64,000 nucleotides of DNA from Clostridiales bacterium (GCA_012517675.1 JAAYUL010000125.1:625-64624); one strand, 5' to 3'; positions 15,856 through 24,143 are shown, counted from the first letter of the stretch. Numbers and translations are program-made. The notes: generated by a model not told the origin, from the letters alone.

Positions 15856-16852
15856 CGGAGCTCACCGCCCCGCCGGCTGTGCTGCCGGAAAGAATAATAT
15901 GAGCGCCGTTGTTGATATGATCGGGATTCTGAATAATGACGTCGTTGTCTGAAAGGCCTTTTACCACCTCGAAGCCGCTGTCGAATTCATTTTTTGTCAC
16001 AACGGGAGTTTTGACCGCCCTGTTCCCTTTGACTTTGAACACATATTCACTGCCGTTATCGTCTGCTCGGACCGCTTCGTATGGTGCAATCAGGACACCT
16101 TGATCCTGAGACGTTATGATTTTCGCCTTTGCCGTATAGCCGGGTTTCATCACATCCCCGGGGTGATCCACGCTTACAATGACTTCTACCACGGTTTCCT
16201 GCCCCGTCACATCCGTGATCTGCTTGGCTTCCTTGGCAATGCTTTTCACTTTTCCGTTATAGGATTGATTTTTAAAACCCGTGCCGGTAATCACCGCTTT
16301 CTGTCCAACCTTAATATCGGACATCTGGGATTCGTTCACCGACAGACGAACCTGCAATCCGGAATCATCCGCAATTACGGCAAGCGGACTCCCTTCGGTG
16401 ACATATCCCAGCTTTGCAACAGACAAAGAGGTGATGATGCCGGAGACGGGGGCGGCGATATTCTCAGGTTTGGTGTCCTCTGCCCCCTGGGCGCTGCTTT
16501 CATTTTCATACTGATCGATCAGGTCTTTATATTTTTCCGGAATACCGGAAGGGATGGCGGAAACACTATCCTGAGAGGAAACCGGCAGAACAGTAAAAAG
16601 GAGATCGCCGGCTTTTACCTTGTCCCCTTCCTTCACGTAAATATGGTTCAATCTGGCTGCCCTTGCGGCGTAAACCGTTGTGGTGCCGATTCGCTCTACC
16701 CTTCCGGTGCAGTTTACCGAATTCTCTACTGTAAGTGATTCAAGCTTTACAGCAACAACCGGAATTACGGATTGCTTAGCAGCAAAGCCGGAAAATACGA
16801 TAGATCCCACGGCAATAAGTGTAAAGGCTAACAGCATTACATATTTTTTCAT
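15848..16852 (-). CDS. HlyD/MacA-family periplasmic adaptor (membrane-fusion protein)
   Basis: Has a signal-anchor (MKKYVMLLAFTLIAVGSIVF), a lipoyl-like VKEGDKVKAGDLLF and a beta-barrel region. Start moved to ATG 16852 (GGGGGA RBS). Overlaps the permease start by 8 nt. Confidence 0.8.
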   Translation of the reverse strand: MKKYVMLLAFTLIAVGSIVFSGFAAKQSVIPVVAVKLESLTVENSVNCTGRVERIGTTTVYAARAARLNHIYVKEGDKVKAGDLLFTVLPVSSQDSVSAIPSGIPEKYKDLIDQYENESSAQGAEDTKPENIAAPVSGIITSLSVAKLGYVTEGSPLAVIADDSGLQVRLSVNESQMSDIKVGQKAVITGTGFKNQSYNGKVKSIAKEAKQITDVTGQETVVEVIVSVDHPGDVMKPGYTAKAKIITSQDQGVLIAPYEAVRADDNGSEYVFKVKGNRAVKTPVVTKNEFDSGFEVVKGLSDNDVIIQNPDHINNGAHIILSGSTAGGAVSSDD

Positions 16853-16973
16853 GGTCATTCCCCCAACAAGTCTTATTTTATGACTTGACGGGGAAAATAT
16901 TAGCGCAAATTTCACGGGATAAATGAATAATTTCACCGCAGTTTCAGCAGAATATCACTGAGGTGAAAAACAT

Positions 16974-17153
16974 ATGAGCATCATTCAGTGCGATATCGAC
17001 TGTATCTATCAGCGCGACGGTTACTGCAGCCTTGAAATGCCCTCCGCGATTACCAATTACACCGGCGACGGCTGCGTCCACTGCATCAAAGTGACTCCCA
17101 GAACAGACATGCCTATTCCACCGCAGCCTCAAACGCCTCCCGCACATTCCTGA
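16974..17153 (+). CDS. Candidate small Cys-rich protein (59 aa)
   Basis: Not in the ORF track. GAGGTG lies 8 nt before the ATG. Sequence: MSIIQCDIDCIYQRDGYCSLEMPSAITNYTGDGCVHCIKVTPRTDMPIPPQPQTPPAHS. The last 41 nt overlap the convergent radA 3' end. Confidence 0.35.
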   Translation: MSIIQCDIDCIYQRDGYCSLEMPSAITNYTGDGCVHCIKVTPRTDMPIPPQPQTPPAHS

Positions 17154-18483
17154 CGCCAATCAGCCGGATTCCGGTGAATTTTGTGCCGACCTGTTTCAGG
17201 TTGTGGTACGGCAGAATACATCTTTTAAAACCAAGCCGTGCCGCCTCGCTGATTCGTGCGTCGATGTGCGTGACGGAGCGGATTTCCCCCGCAAGGCCGA
17301 TTTCCCCAAAGGCAATCGCGTCTTCGCCGACGGGAACATCCTTCAGGCTGGACACCAGCGACAAAGCAACGGCCAGATCGCCGGCAGGTTCGTCCAGCCT
17401 GAGACCTCCGACCACGTTTACATAGGCGTCGAGATTTGAAAAATAATACCCGGCGCGTTTTTCCAAAACCGCCAGCAGAAGCGACATGCGGTTATAATCA
17501 AACCCGGTGGACATTCTTCTGGGGTTCCCAAACCCCGTGGTGGTGGCAAGACCCTGTATTTCCGCCAGAATAGGCCGTGAGCCCTCTATCACACAGGTGA
17601 CGCACGTTCCGGAAACATGGGTCGGCCGACCCGCGAGAAGCGCCTGCGAGGGGTTGTCCACCTGCCGAAGACCGTTGTCGCCCATGTCGAACACGCCGAT
17701 TTCATTGGTGGAACCGTAGCGGTTTTTTACGGCGCGCAAAATCCGGTAAGACATCTGGCGGTCGCCTTCAAAATAAAGGACCGCGTCGACAATATGCTCC
17801 AAAACCTTCGGCCCGGCAATCGCCCCGTCCTTATTCACATGGCCCACCAGGATGGTCGGAATCTCCAGCGCTTTAATCGCCCGCATCACCGCGTTGGTAC
17901 ATTCCCTGACCTGTGTCACGCTGCCCGGGGAAGAATTCAGGTCCGTAAAGTTCATCGTCTGAATGGAGTCGATCATGACCAGATCGGGTTTGTCGGTCCG
18001 TATTTGTTCGATCACATACTGAATATCGGTTTCCGTCAATACAAACAGGTTGCTGCTCCGCACGCCGAGCCGCGCGGCCCGCAGCTTGATCTGCCTGCTG
18101 GATTCCTCGCCGGAAACATAAAGAATTTTCAGCGTTTTCCCCAGATACTCGCAGATTTGCAGCAGAATGGTGGACTTGCCGATTCCCGGTTCGCCGCTGA
18201 TCAGAATCAGAGAGCCCCTTACAATGCCGCCGCCGAGGACGCGGTCAAGCTCCGTCAGTCCGGTCAGGTAACGCTCTTCGTCCGTTGTGCTGATTTCATT
18301 GATAGCGACCGGACGGGCGGAAGAATGAAAAGCGTTTTGATTCGCTGATTTTTTAGGCAGGACTTCCCGCATTTCCTCTGTCATGGTGTTCCATTGGCCG
18401 CAGCCGGGGCATTTTCCATACCATTTTGCGGATTCAAATCCGCATTCGGAGCAAATATAAATATTCTTGGCTTTTGCAACCAT
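17113..18483 (-). CDS. radA: DNA repair protein RadA/Sms
   Basis: Has the zinc ribbon CSECGFESAKWYGKCPGCGQWNT, Walker A GEPGIGKST, KNRYG and a Lon-like C-terminus. Start set at ATG 18483 (AAGAGGA RBS). The track's 146-aa extension runs into cwlD and is rejected. Confidence 0.92.
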   Translation of the reverse strand: MVAKAKNIYICSECGFESAKWYGKCPGCGQWNTMTEEMREVLPKKSANQNAFHSSARPVAINEISTTDEERYLTGLTELDRVLGGGIVRGSLILISGEPGIGKSTILLQICEYLGKTLKILYVSGEESSRQIKLRAARLGVRSSNLFVLTETDIQYVIEQIRTDKPDLVMIDSIQTMNFTDLNSSPGSVTQVRECTNAVMRAIKALEIPTILVGHVNKDGAIAGPKVLEHIVDAVLYFEGDRQMSYRILRAVKNRYGSTNEIGVFDMGDNGLRQVDNPSQALLAGRPTHVSGTCVTCVIEGSRPILAEIQGLATTTGFGNPRRMSTGFDYNRMSLLLAVLEKRAGYYFSNLDAYVNVVGGLRLDEPAGDLAVALSLVSSLKDVPVGEDAIAFGEIGLAGEIRSVTHIDARISEAARLGFKRCILPYHNLKQVGTKFTGIRLIGVRNVREAFEAAVE

Positions 18484-18537
18484 TCCATAATCCTCTTTCT
18501 TTGCTTTGAATCGCCGTAATAAATGTTTGATATAACA

Positions 18538-18566
18538 ATTATAGCGAAACACGGCGGCAAATACAA
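18538..18566 (-). promoter_or_regulatory. Putative radA promoter (TTGTAT-17 nt-TATAAT)
   Basis: Hexamers read on the minus strand, about 55 nt upstream of the radA start. Confidence 0.45.
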
Positions 18567-18571
18567 GAAAT

Positions 18572-19303
18572 TCAGGGCTCGGAATGAAGATAGTCCAGCA
18601 CCCCGCTGCACATGGCCAGCGCCAGTTTTTTCTGGTAGTCCGGGCTGGACAAGTTGGCCGCTTCGGTTTGGTTGGACAGAAAACCGCACTCGACCAGAAC
18701 GGCGGGCACCTTCGTGTTCCACAGCAAAAAGATGGAGCTTGTAGCAGGCTTGTTTTCCCTTTTGTTTTCGGGCTGAACCAAAGAGACAATCCGGCTTCTG
18801 ATGCATTCCGCGATTTCCTTGCTTGCCGCGTTTTTTGTCGAATAAAACATCTGCGCGCCGTTGTACTTGCTTTCCGTAAAATGATTTTGGTGTATGCTGA
18901 TAAAAATGCAGTTTTCCCCATGAGCTTCTATAATTTTCAGCCGGTTGTGAATATCGCTTGCTTTCCGTTCCCGCACGGTGCCCAGACCGCTGTCGGAAAT
19001 GGAAACATCTTCGGTTCGCGTCATGACAACATGCAGCCCGGAAATTTCCAGCAACCGTTTCAGCTGCAGGGAAATTGCCAGGTTCACATCTTTTTCCAGG
19101 ACGGACGAGCCGGAGGTTCCCCCGTCTTCCCCGCCGTGACCGGGGTCGATTACCATAACGGGAGTTTGTTCACCGGCAAGTCTGGAGGCGATTTGGTCAA
19201 TTTTCGTGCAGGAAAGATACGATAAAAGCAAAAACGCAAGGCAGCATAAAATTAAAACGACAATCGGCACAAGATACGTTTTTTTTGACTCCAAGGCAAT
19301 CAC
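18572..19303 (-). CDS. cwlD: N-acetylmuramoyl-L-alanine amidase (Amidase_3), CwlD-like and germination-specific
   Basis: 243 aa. Has an N-terminal TM, then IDPGHGGEDGG, ISIHQN and ECGFLSN (zinc ligands of the amidase_3 family). Size and architecture resemble CwlD. Confidence 0.75.
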   Translation of the reverse strand: MIALESKKTYLVPIVVLILCCLAFLLLSYLSCTKIDQIASRLAGEQTPVMVIDPGHGGEDGGTSGSSVLEKDVNLAISLQLKRLLEISGLHVVMTRTEDVSISDSGLGTVRERKASDIHNRLKIIEAHGENCIFISIHQNHFTESKYNGAQMFYSTKNAASKEIAECIRSRIVSLVQPENKRENKPATSSIFLLWNTKVPAVLVECGFLSNQTEAANLSSPDYQKKLALAMCSGVLDYLHSEP

Positions 19304-19374
19304 CTCAGGTATCTATATGCTTGTGAGGTTTTAAAATATGTATCGGATGCCAGTACGGAATGGCACCTCCCTGT

Positions 19375-19476
19375 TTACCACACAAAGGTCTGGGAACAAA
19401 CCAATAATATGACGCCGAGCGCCAGCAGCGCAAAAATGGGGTAAAAAGGAATCAATCGTTCGTTTTTCGGTTTCAT
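19375..19476 (-). CDS. Possible 33-aa hydrophobic peptide
   Basis: MKPKNERLIPFYPIFALLALGVILLVCSQTFVW, with GGAGG 5 nt upstream of the ATG. There is no homology evidence. Confidence 0.2.
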   Translation of the reverse strand: MKPKNERLIPFYPIFALLALGVILLVCSQTFVW

Positions 19477-19551
19477 ACAAACCTCCAGAATATGATGTCT
19501 TTTATCATATAAAACGTTTCAGACAGGGGGTTTATTACAAAAATAAGAAAA

Positions 19552-19585
19552 ATATGAGAATGGAGCTGCTTTTCCATTCTCATAT
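19552..19585. terminator. Terminator after sigE
   Basis: 12-bp stem ATATGAGAATGG/CCATTCTCATAT with a 10-nt loop. It starts 4 nt after the sigE stop and has T-runs on both sides. Confidence 0.7.
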
Positions 19586-19588
19586 TTT

Positions 19589-20311
19589 TCAGCTTACACG
19601 TTCCAGGTCTTTTTTCAGTCTTTCAATGATCCTTTTTTCCAGTCTTGAAATGTACGACTGTGAGATCCCGAGGGTATCCGCGACTTCCTTCTGTGTATGT
19701 TCCTTTGTATTATTCAGCCCGAACCGAAGCTGCATGATTTTTTTTTCACGCGGCGCCAGACGGGAAACCGCGTTGAGAAGTAAATCACGCTCCACCTCCT
19801 GCTCGATGTTATGGTTGACCGTGTCCTGATCGCTGCCAAGAATATCGGAAAGCAGAAGCTCGTTTCCGTCCCAATCCACATTCAGCGGGTCATCGATGGA
19901 AACTTCATTTTTAAGCTGTGAGCTTTTTCTAAGATACATCAGAATTTCGTTTTCAATGCACCGGGAAGCGTAGGTCGCAAGTTTGATGTTTCGCTCCGGA
20001 CAGAAGGTGTTCACCGCTTTGATCAGCCCGATGGTGCCGATTGAAATCAGGTCCTCCACCCCTGCGTTGCTGGATTCAAATTTTTTGGCGATGTAAACAA
20101 CCAGGCGAAGATTATGGGTAATGAGCGGCTCCCGCGCGTTCGGAACATCATCAATGATGTTCTGCATCACCTTTTCCTCCTCTTGCCTGCTGAGCGGCGG
20201 GGGAAGCGTTTCCGGGCCGTTGATATAGTGCACGTCTCCGCAAACCGAAAACCGCAGCCGGATTTGCACCAGTTTGTCTCTGATTTTCCGTATCAGCTGA
20301 TTGATTCCCAT
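19589..20311 (-). CDS. sigE: Sporulation sigma factor, pro-sigma-E
   Basis: Close to B. subtilis SigE as I recall it: YINGPETLPPPLSRQEEE, NLRLVVYIAKKFE, EDLISIGTIGLIKAVNTF, KLATYASRCIENEILMYLR, GISQSYISRLEKRII. It follows spoIIGA. Confidence 0.9.
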   Translation of the reverse strand: MGINQLIRKIRDKLVQIRLRFSVCGDVHYINGPETLPPPLSRQEEEKVMQNIIDDVPNAREPLITHNLRLVVYIAKKFESSNAGVEDLISIGTIGLIKAVNTFCPERNIKLATYASRCIENEILMYLRKSSQLKNEVSIDDPLNVDWDGNELLLSDILGSDQDTVNHNIEQEVERDLLLNAVSRLAPREKKIMQLRFGLNNTKEHTQKEVADTLGISQSYISRLEKRIIERLKKDLERVS

Positions 20312-20374
20312 TGTTGCTCTTTCCCTTTTGCCGCTGCCGCCGCGGCTTATCAACGCGCCCGTCTACGGCCAAAT

Positions 20375-21199
20375 TTAGGCGGACGTTTTTTGCAGTAAGT
20401 CCGGATTGATCAATGCGTCGAACTCCCCCAGCCTTGTTTTGGAAGCCGCTATGTAAACATTGCGAATGGAATAGGTGTGTTTTCCGCATACCAGCGTAAG
20501 CGAATCCGGCCGGAACGCGGGTAAAAGCCCTTCTCCGGAAACGGTATGAAACGGGACCAGCCGTATTTTCCCGCTTTCCTCAGGAGGAATAAGGCTTTGG
20601 ATCAGCTCCCGGCGCACAACCATAACCGGGTAGTTTGAAAACGGTTCCGTCAAAGAATTGCCCGTGTCCACTTTCCCGAAAAAATAAGCCGATTTTCCGT
20701 TGTATTCCACTTTGACCGTGCAGAAAGAGCCCTCCGGGGCCTGCCGGCCCGTCACCCGGTTGATCAGGCGGATTACAAAATAGCAGACAACGGTTAAAAC
20801 AATCAGAAACAGCGGGGAAATATTGAAGTATACGACGGAATTTTTGATGATCAGGCCCTGCGGCGCAATAAAATACCATAGCGCCAGCATCAGCCCGGCG
20901 AAGGAAAAACTCATGACATAAAAAGCGGCCAGCTCGCGGAAAAACTGTTTCAATCCGTTGAAGGGATACGCTGCCAGCACAATGGTCGCGGCCATGGCCA
21001 GCTTCACAAGAAATGAAACCGGCATGCTGATTTCAGGCAATAAAATCGACAGAGAATAGGACGCCCCGAGAAGCGAAGCGAGAAACAGACGAAGCCTGCG
21101 GAACCGCAGAGATAAAAATCCGGCGACGCCCAACAGCAGAAAATAGTTGATAAACAGATTTACAGCGATTAAAACATCTATGTAAACCGTCTGCCTCAC
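20375..21199 (-). CDS. spoIIGA: Sigma-E processing peptidase SpoIIGA
   Basis: 274 aa with five N-terminal TMs and a C-terminal aspartic protease motif (GKVDTGNSL). GTG start with GGGAGGG RBS. Confidence 0.88.
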   Translation of the reverse strand: MRQTVYIDVLIAVNLFINYFLLLGVAGFLSLRFRRLRLFLASLLGASYSLSILLPEISMPVSFLVKLAMAATIVLAAYPFNGLKQFFRELAAFYVMSFSFAGLMLALWYFIAPQGLIIKNSVVYFNISPLFLIVLTVVCYFVIRLINRVTGRQAPEGSFCTVKVEYNGKSAYFFGKVDTGNSLTEPFSNYPVMVVRRELIQSLIPPEESGKIRLVPFHTVSGEGLLPAFRPDSLTLVCGKHTYSIRNVYIAASKTRLGEFDALINPDLLQKTSA

Positions 21200-21227
21200 C
21201 AGTATCCCTCCCGCCGCTTTACCATCA

Positions 21228-21260
21228 ATTATAACGGCGGTGATATAAACATTGTGTCAT
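21228..21260 (-). promoter_or_regulatory. Putative spoIIGA-sigE promoter with an over-long spacer (ATGACA-21 nt-TATAAT)
   Basis: Hexamers read on the minus strand. The long spacing is reminiscent of the Spo0A-dependent B. subtilis spoIIG promoter. Confidence 0.35.
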
Positions 21261-21312
21261 ATATTGTACCGGAGGAAAAAACAATTTGGAGGAAAACGCG
21301 CAGATCAAATCA

Positions 21313-21352
21313 AAACGGCGGCCCGTCCCGATCACCGGGCAGGCCGCCGTTT
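21313..21352 (-). terminator. Terminator after the YfhO-family gene
   Basis: AAACGGCGGCC...GGCCGCCGTTT (11-bp outer stem with an inner GCCCG/CGGGC), followed by a T-rich tract on the minus strand. Confidence 0.6.
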
Positions 21353-21364
21353 CGATTCTTGCTT

Positions 21365-24025
21365 TTAGAATTTCAGGTAAACGATCAATGGAAACACATA
21401 AACCGCAAAAAATACCACTGCGCAAAACATCCAGAACAAAATGGAAACCGGCGCTTCCAAAAATCTGATTTTTCCGTACCAGCCCCGTTTCAGAGCAAAC
21501 AGAAAGGCGCCGAAGAGAATCACGCCGGCTAACGTAAGCCAAAGCCCCGTATGGAACCCCGGGGGAACGTACGTTATGGTCACCGTGTTTTTCCCCTGGT
21601 CCAGCCTGACGGCCATCATGGAGTCGAATACGCGGACAATTTCACGCTGGCTGCCGTTTACGACAGCCGAATAACCGTCGCCGTATGTAATGGGAAGAAA
21701 CAGCCACGCATTCTTGCTTTGGGCCGTCGCCGTCCCCGTGATCGTATTTCCTTCCTGATGAAGATCGGCGGAATTCGCCTGGCTGACCGCCGATTTCAGA
21801 ACATCCACATCCATTCCGGCAATCCCGAAGGACTTCGCGCTGACTTCTTTGGCCACTTCCACCTGAATTTCCACGGTCTGATTCGTAAAGGTGCCAAGAT
21901 CCAAAAGCCCGTTCTGCATCTGACTGGGATAGGATTCCGCAAGTAAAATTCCGTTGACGTAAATATGAAAGCTTGAATTGATCGGCTCTATCAGGCTGTT
22001 GGACAGACGGTCAAAGCAGTCAAAATAAAGGGTTTGCGTCCCTTTGACCGGAATTTGATACGTAATCAGCCCGGTTTGATAGGGCTCCGAAAAAGTGATT
22101 TTGTACGTTTCGCCTTTCTTCAGAGAGATATTTTCATAGGAGGTGGGTTCGTAGTTTGTAAAAAGGGATTTCCCCGTTTGGAAAACGGATTGATACATCC
22201 ATTCCTGCAGGTCGAGCCGCGTTTTGTCCGGCAAAGATTTCAGGGACTGAATTGAATCGGTGTTGATCACCATCCCCACGGGGAGTGAAAGGCTGTTCTT
22301 CCGGATGACGTAACTGCCGTTCTGATAAACCGTGTCACTGCTTTCCGTCTCGGTTTCCTGCCGCAGGATGCTGTACCGGTTCCCCAGAATCGCGTCGGAA
22401 AACGCGGTCCCTCCCGAGGAGCCGACCTCCATCCAGTAAGAGGAATACCCCAGTTTTTTCATGGTGAACATGAATTCCTGATTGGTAAGAGAGGTGTAGT
22501 GGCTCAGGCTGCCGTAGCCCAGGCTGCCGGCAAGATTTACATCAAAGTATTTCTGTTCCATTTTCACGCGATAAAGGCTGTTATCTTTAATTTGGTCGCT
22601 CAGCTGCAATACAGGCCCGTAAGAGGAGGCGGTGTTTGCCGCTGAAGACAGGTAAACCGAAGAACAAAACACCGCTTCAATGACGGTCAGAAAACAAAGC
22701 AGAACGGAAAAAGCGGTTTTGCCCAGCTGCCGAAACCGGTAGAAACACAGCAGAACCAAATAAGCAAGGCCCGCGACGGCGGAAAAGGCAAACAGAAAGG
22801 CAAGGCTGCTGCTGTTTCCCCAAAGGGTTTTGGTGTATACGGTTATGGTCGCGTAGTCATTGCGCAGCAGAAGGCAGGCCGTGATAAACAATGCGCCGAC
22901 CGCAATCATGCTGATAAACAAAGGGACGGATGCGCTTTGCGCAGGCAGCCTGTCGTCCGACATTTCATTGATCATCCATCCAAGCAGAGCCAAGCCCAAA
23001 AAAACCGGCATGTAGCCGTAACGCACCGGGAATGCCTGATAATTGCCCGTCTGCCACATCTTATTGATGGGCTCCACAAACACGGGAATCAGAGTCAGAA
23101 TCAAAAGCAGAAAGGCGACCCTCGTTTTTTTGTTGTGACCGACAGAACAGCCGATATAAAATAAAATGGTGCTGATAACCGCGCCCGTGCTGAAAATAAC
23201 AGGAAGCGTTGTATCCATGCGGGTCAAAAAGCTTCCGGTTTTCAGGCTGGTGATCAAATCCTCCGTCCGGGCGGAATGAACGTATTGAAGCAGGGACGGC
23301 ATCCAGACAACAGCAGTGAGTAAGGCGACCAGAATTGTGGACAGCCCGAGCAGAAGGACACTTTTTCTGCGCTTCTCGTGAGGCACGCAGGCAATCAGAT
23401 AAGTTCCGTAAGCCAGCACCAGAAAGATGGAAACCATGTAGCTCAGATAGAAATTGACCGCGAGGATCATGGAAAAAGACAGAATGTAAAGCCAAACACG
23501 GTTCTTTTCCAAAAGAAGGGCCATGCCGAGCAGCAAAACCGGGAACAAATACATGATGTCGAGCCAGACCTGGTTCTGATAATAAAACATGGTGTAACCG
23601 CAGAAGGCGTACATAACCGACAGAGCCGAATTCTGCAGCAGGGAAAGCCTGCGGAATCTGTTGCCGAAAAAGATGCTTGCAGTCAGCGCACAGGTCATCA
23701 TTTTCAATGCGACCATCAGATTGACGAGATGATACATTTCGGACTTGTTGACCAGCGCGACCAGAAATGTGAAGGGGCTGGAGATAAAAAACAGGAAGAC
23801 GCCCCAAAAGCTCATTCCTCCGGCGTTCTGCAAATTGAGAAACAGGTCTGCCTTACCGGACAGAATATCTTTAAAATCCATCAGGAACGGAACGACCTGC
23901 TGATTCATATCGCACCAGGAAATCGACTGAACGCCGAACGGGTACAACCCGGCGGTATAGAATACGGACATAATAATTAAACATACGGCGGCCGGCGGCA
24001 CCATATAATATCTTTTCTTCGTCAT
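21365..24025 (-). CDS. YfhO-family polytopic membrane protein (putative glycosyl-transfer/glycopolymer modification)
   Basis: About 886 aa. The N-terminus YTAGLYPFGVQSISWCDMNQQVVPFLMDFKDIL is typical of YfhO. It has more than 12 TMs plus a large extracytoplasmic C-terminal domain and a final TM. Start at ATG 24025 (GGGAGG RBS). Confidence 0.8.
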   Translation of the reverse strand: MTKKRYYMVPPAAVCLIIMSVFYTAGLYPFGVQSISWCDMNQQVVPFLMDFKDILSGKADLFLNLQNAGGMSFWGVFLFFISSPFTFLVALVNKSEMYHLVNLMVALKMMTCALTASIFFGNRFRRLSLLQNSALSVMYAFCGYTMFYYQNQVWLDIMYLFPVLLLGMALLLEKNRVWLYILSFSMILAVNFYLSYMVSIFLVLAYGTYLIACVPHEKRRKSVLLLGLSTILVALLTAVVWMPSLLQYVHSARTEDLITSLKTGSFLTRMDTTLPVIFSTGAVISTILFYIGCSVGHNKKTRVAFLLLILTLIPVFVEPINKMWQTGNYQAFPVRYGYMPVFLGLALLGWMINEMSDDRLPAQSASVPLFISMIAVGALFITACLLLRNDYATITVYTKTLWGNSSSLAFLFAFSAVAGLAYLVLLCFYRFRQLGKTAFSVLLCFLTVIEAVFCSSVYLSSAANTASSYGPVLQLSDQIKDNSLYRVKMEQKYFDVNLAGSLGYGSLSHYTSLTNQEFMFTMKKLGYSSYWMEVGSSGGTAFSDAILGNRYSILRQETETESSDTVYQNGSYVIRKNSLSLPVGMVINTDSIQSLKSLPDKTRLDLQEWMYQSVFQTGKSLFTNYEPTSYENISLKKGETYKITFSEPYQTGLITYQIPVKGTQTLYFDCFDRLSNSLIEPINSSFHIYVNGILLAESYPSQMQNGLLDLGTFTNQTVEIQVEVAKEVSAKSFGIAGMDVDVLKSAVSQANSADLHQEGNTITGTATAQSKNAWLFLPITYGDGYSAVVNGSQREIVRVFDSMMAVRLDQGKNTVTITYVPPGFHTGLWLTLAGVILFGAFLFALKRGWYGKIRFLEAPVSILFWMFCAVVFFAVYVFPLIVYLKF

Positions 24026-24100
24026 CCGTATTACCTCCCGTGAAACCATAAGCTCATTATATAGAATTCAAAACCGGAAATCAACCCGCTGTTTCCGCAG

Positions 24101-24143
24101 AAAAGGACCTTCCGCCGGATTTGGATCAGCGGAAGGTCCTTTT
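24101..24143. terminator. Terminator after tyrS
   Basis: 15-bp stem AAAAGGACCTTCCGC/GCGGAAGGTCCTTTT with a 13-nt loop. Confidence 0.7.

Noticed and set aside
16866-16886. Invertible (phase-variable) promoter upstream of the pump operon, given the nearby extra tyrosine recombinase
   Set aside because: Only a 6-bp inverted repeat (CAAGTC...GACTTG) within a 120-bp spacer was found. There are no long inverted repeats flanking a promoter-sized segment here or around 13155-13400 and 13743-13896.
18484-18921. 146-aa N-terminal extension of radA in the ORF track (602-aa version)
   Set aside because: The extension overlaps the cwlD coding region in another frame and has no RadA similarity. The canonical RadA zinc-ribbon N-terminus begins at ATG 18483, which has a strong RBS.
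21225-21542. Short ORFs (60-105 aa, both strands) around the yfhO 3' end and spoIIGA upstream region
   Set aside because: They overlap the YfhO C-terminal TM coding region, the terminator hairpin and the spoIIGA promoter. There is no RBS or family resemblance.
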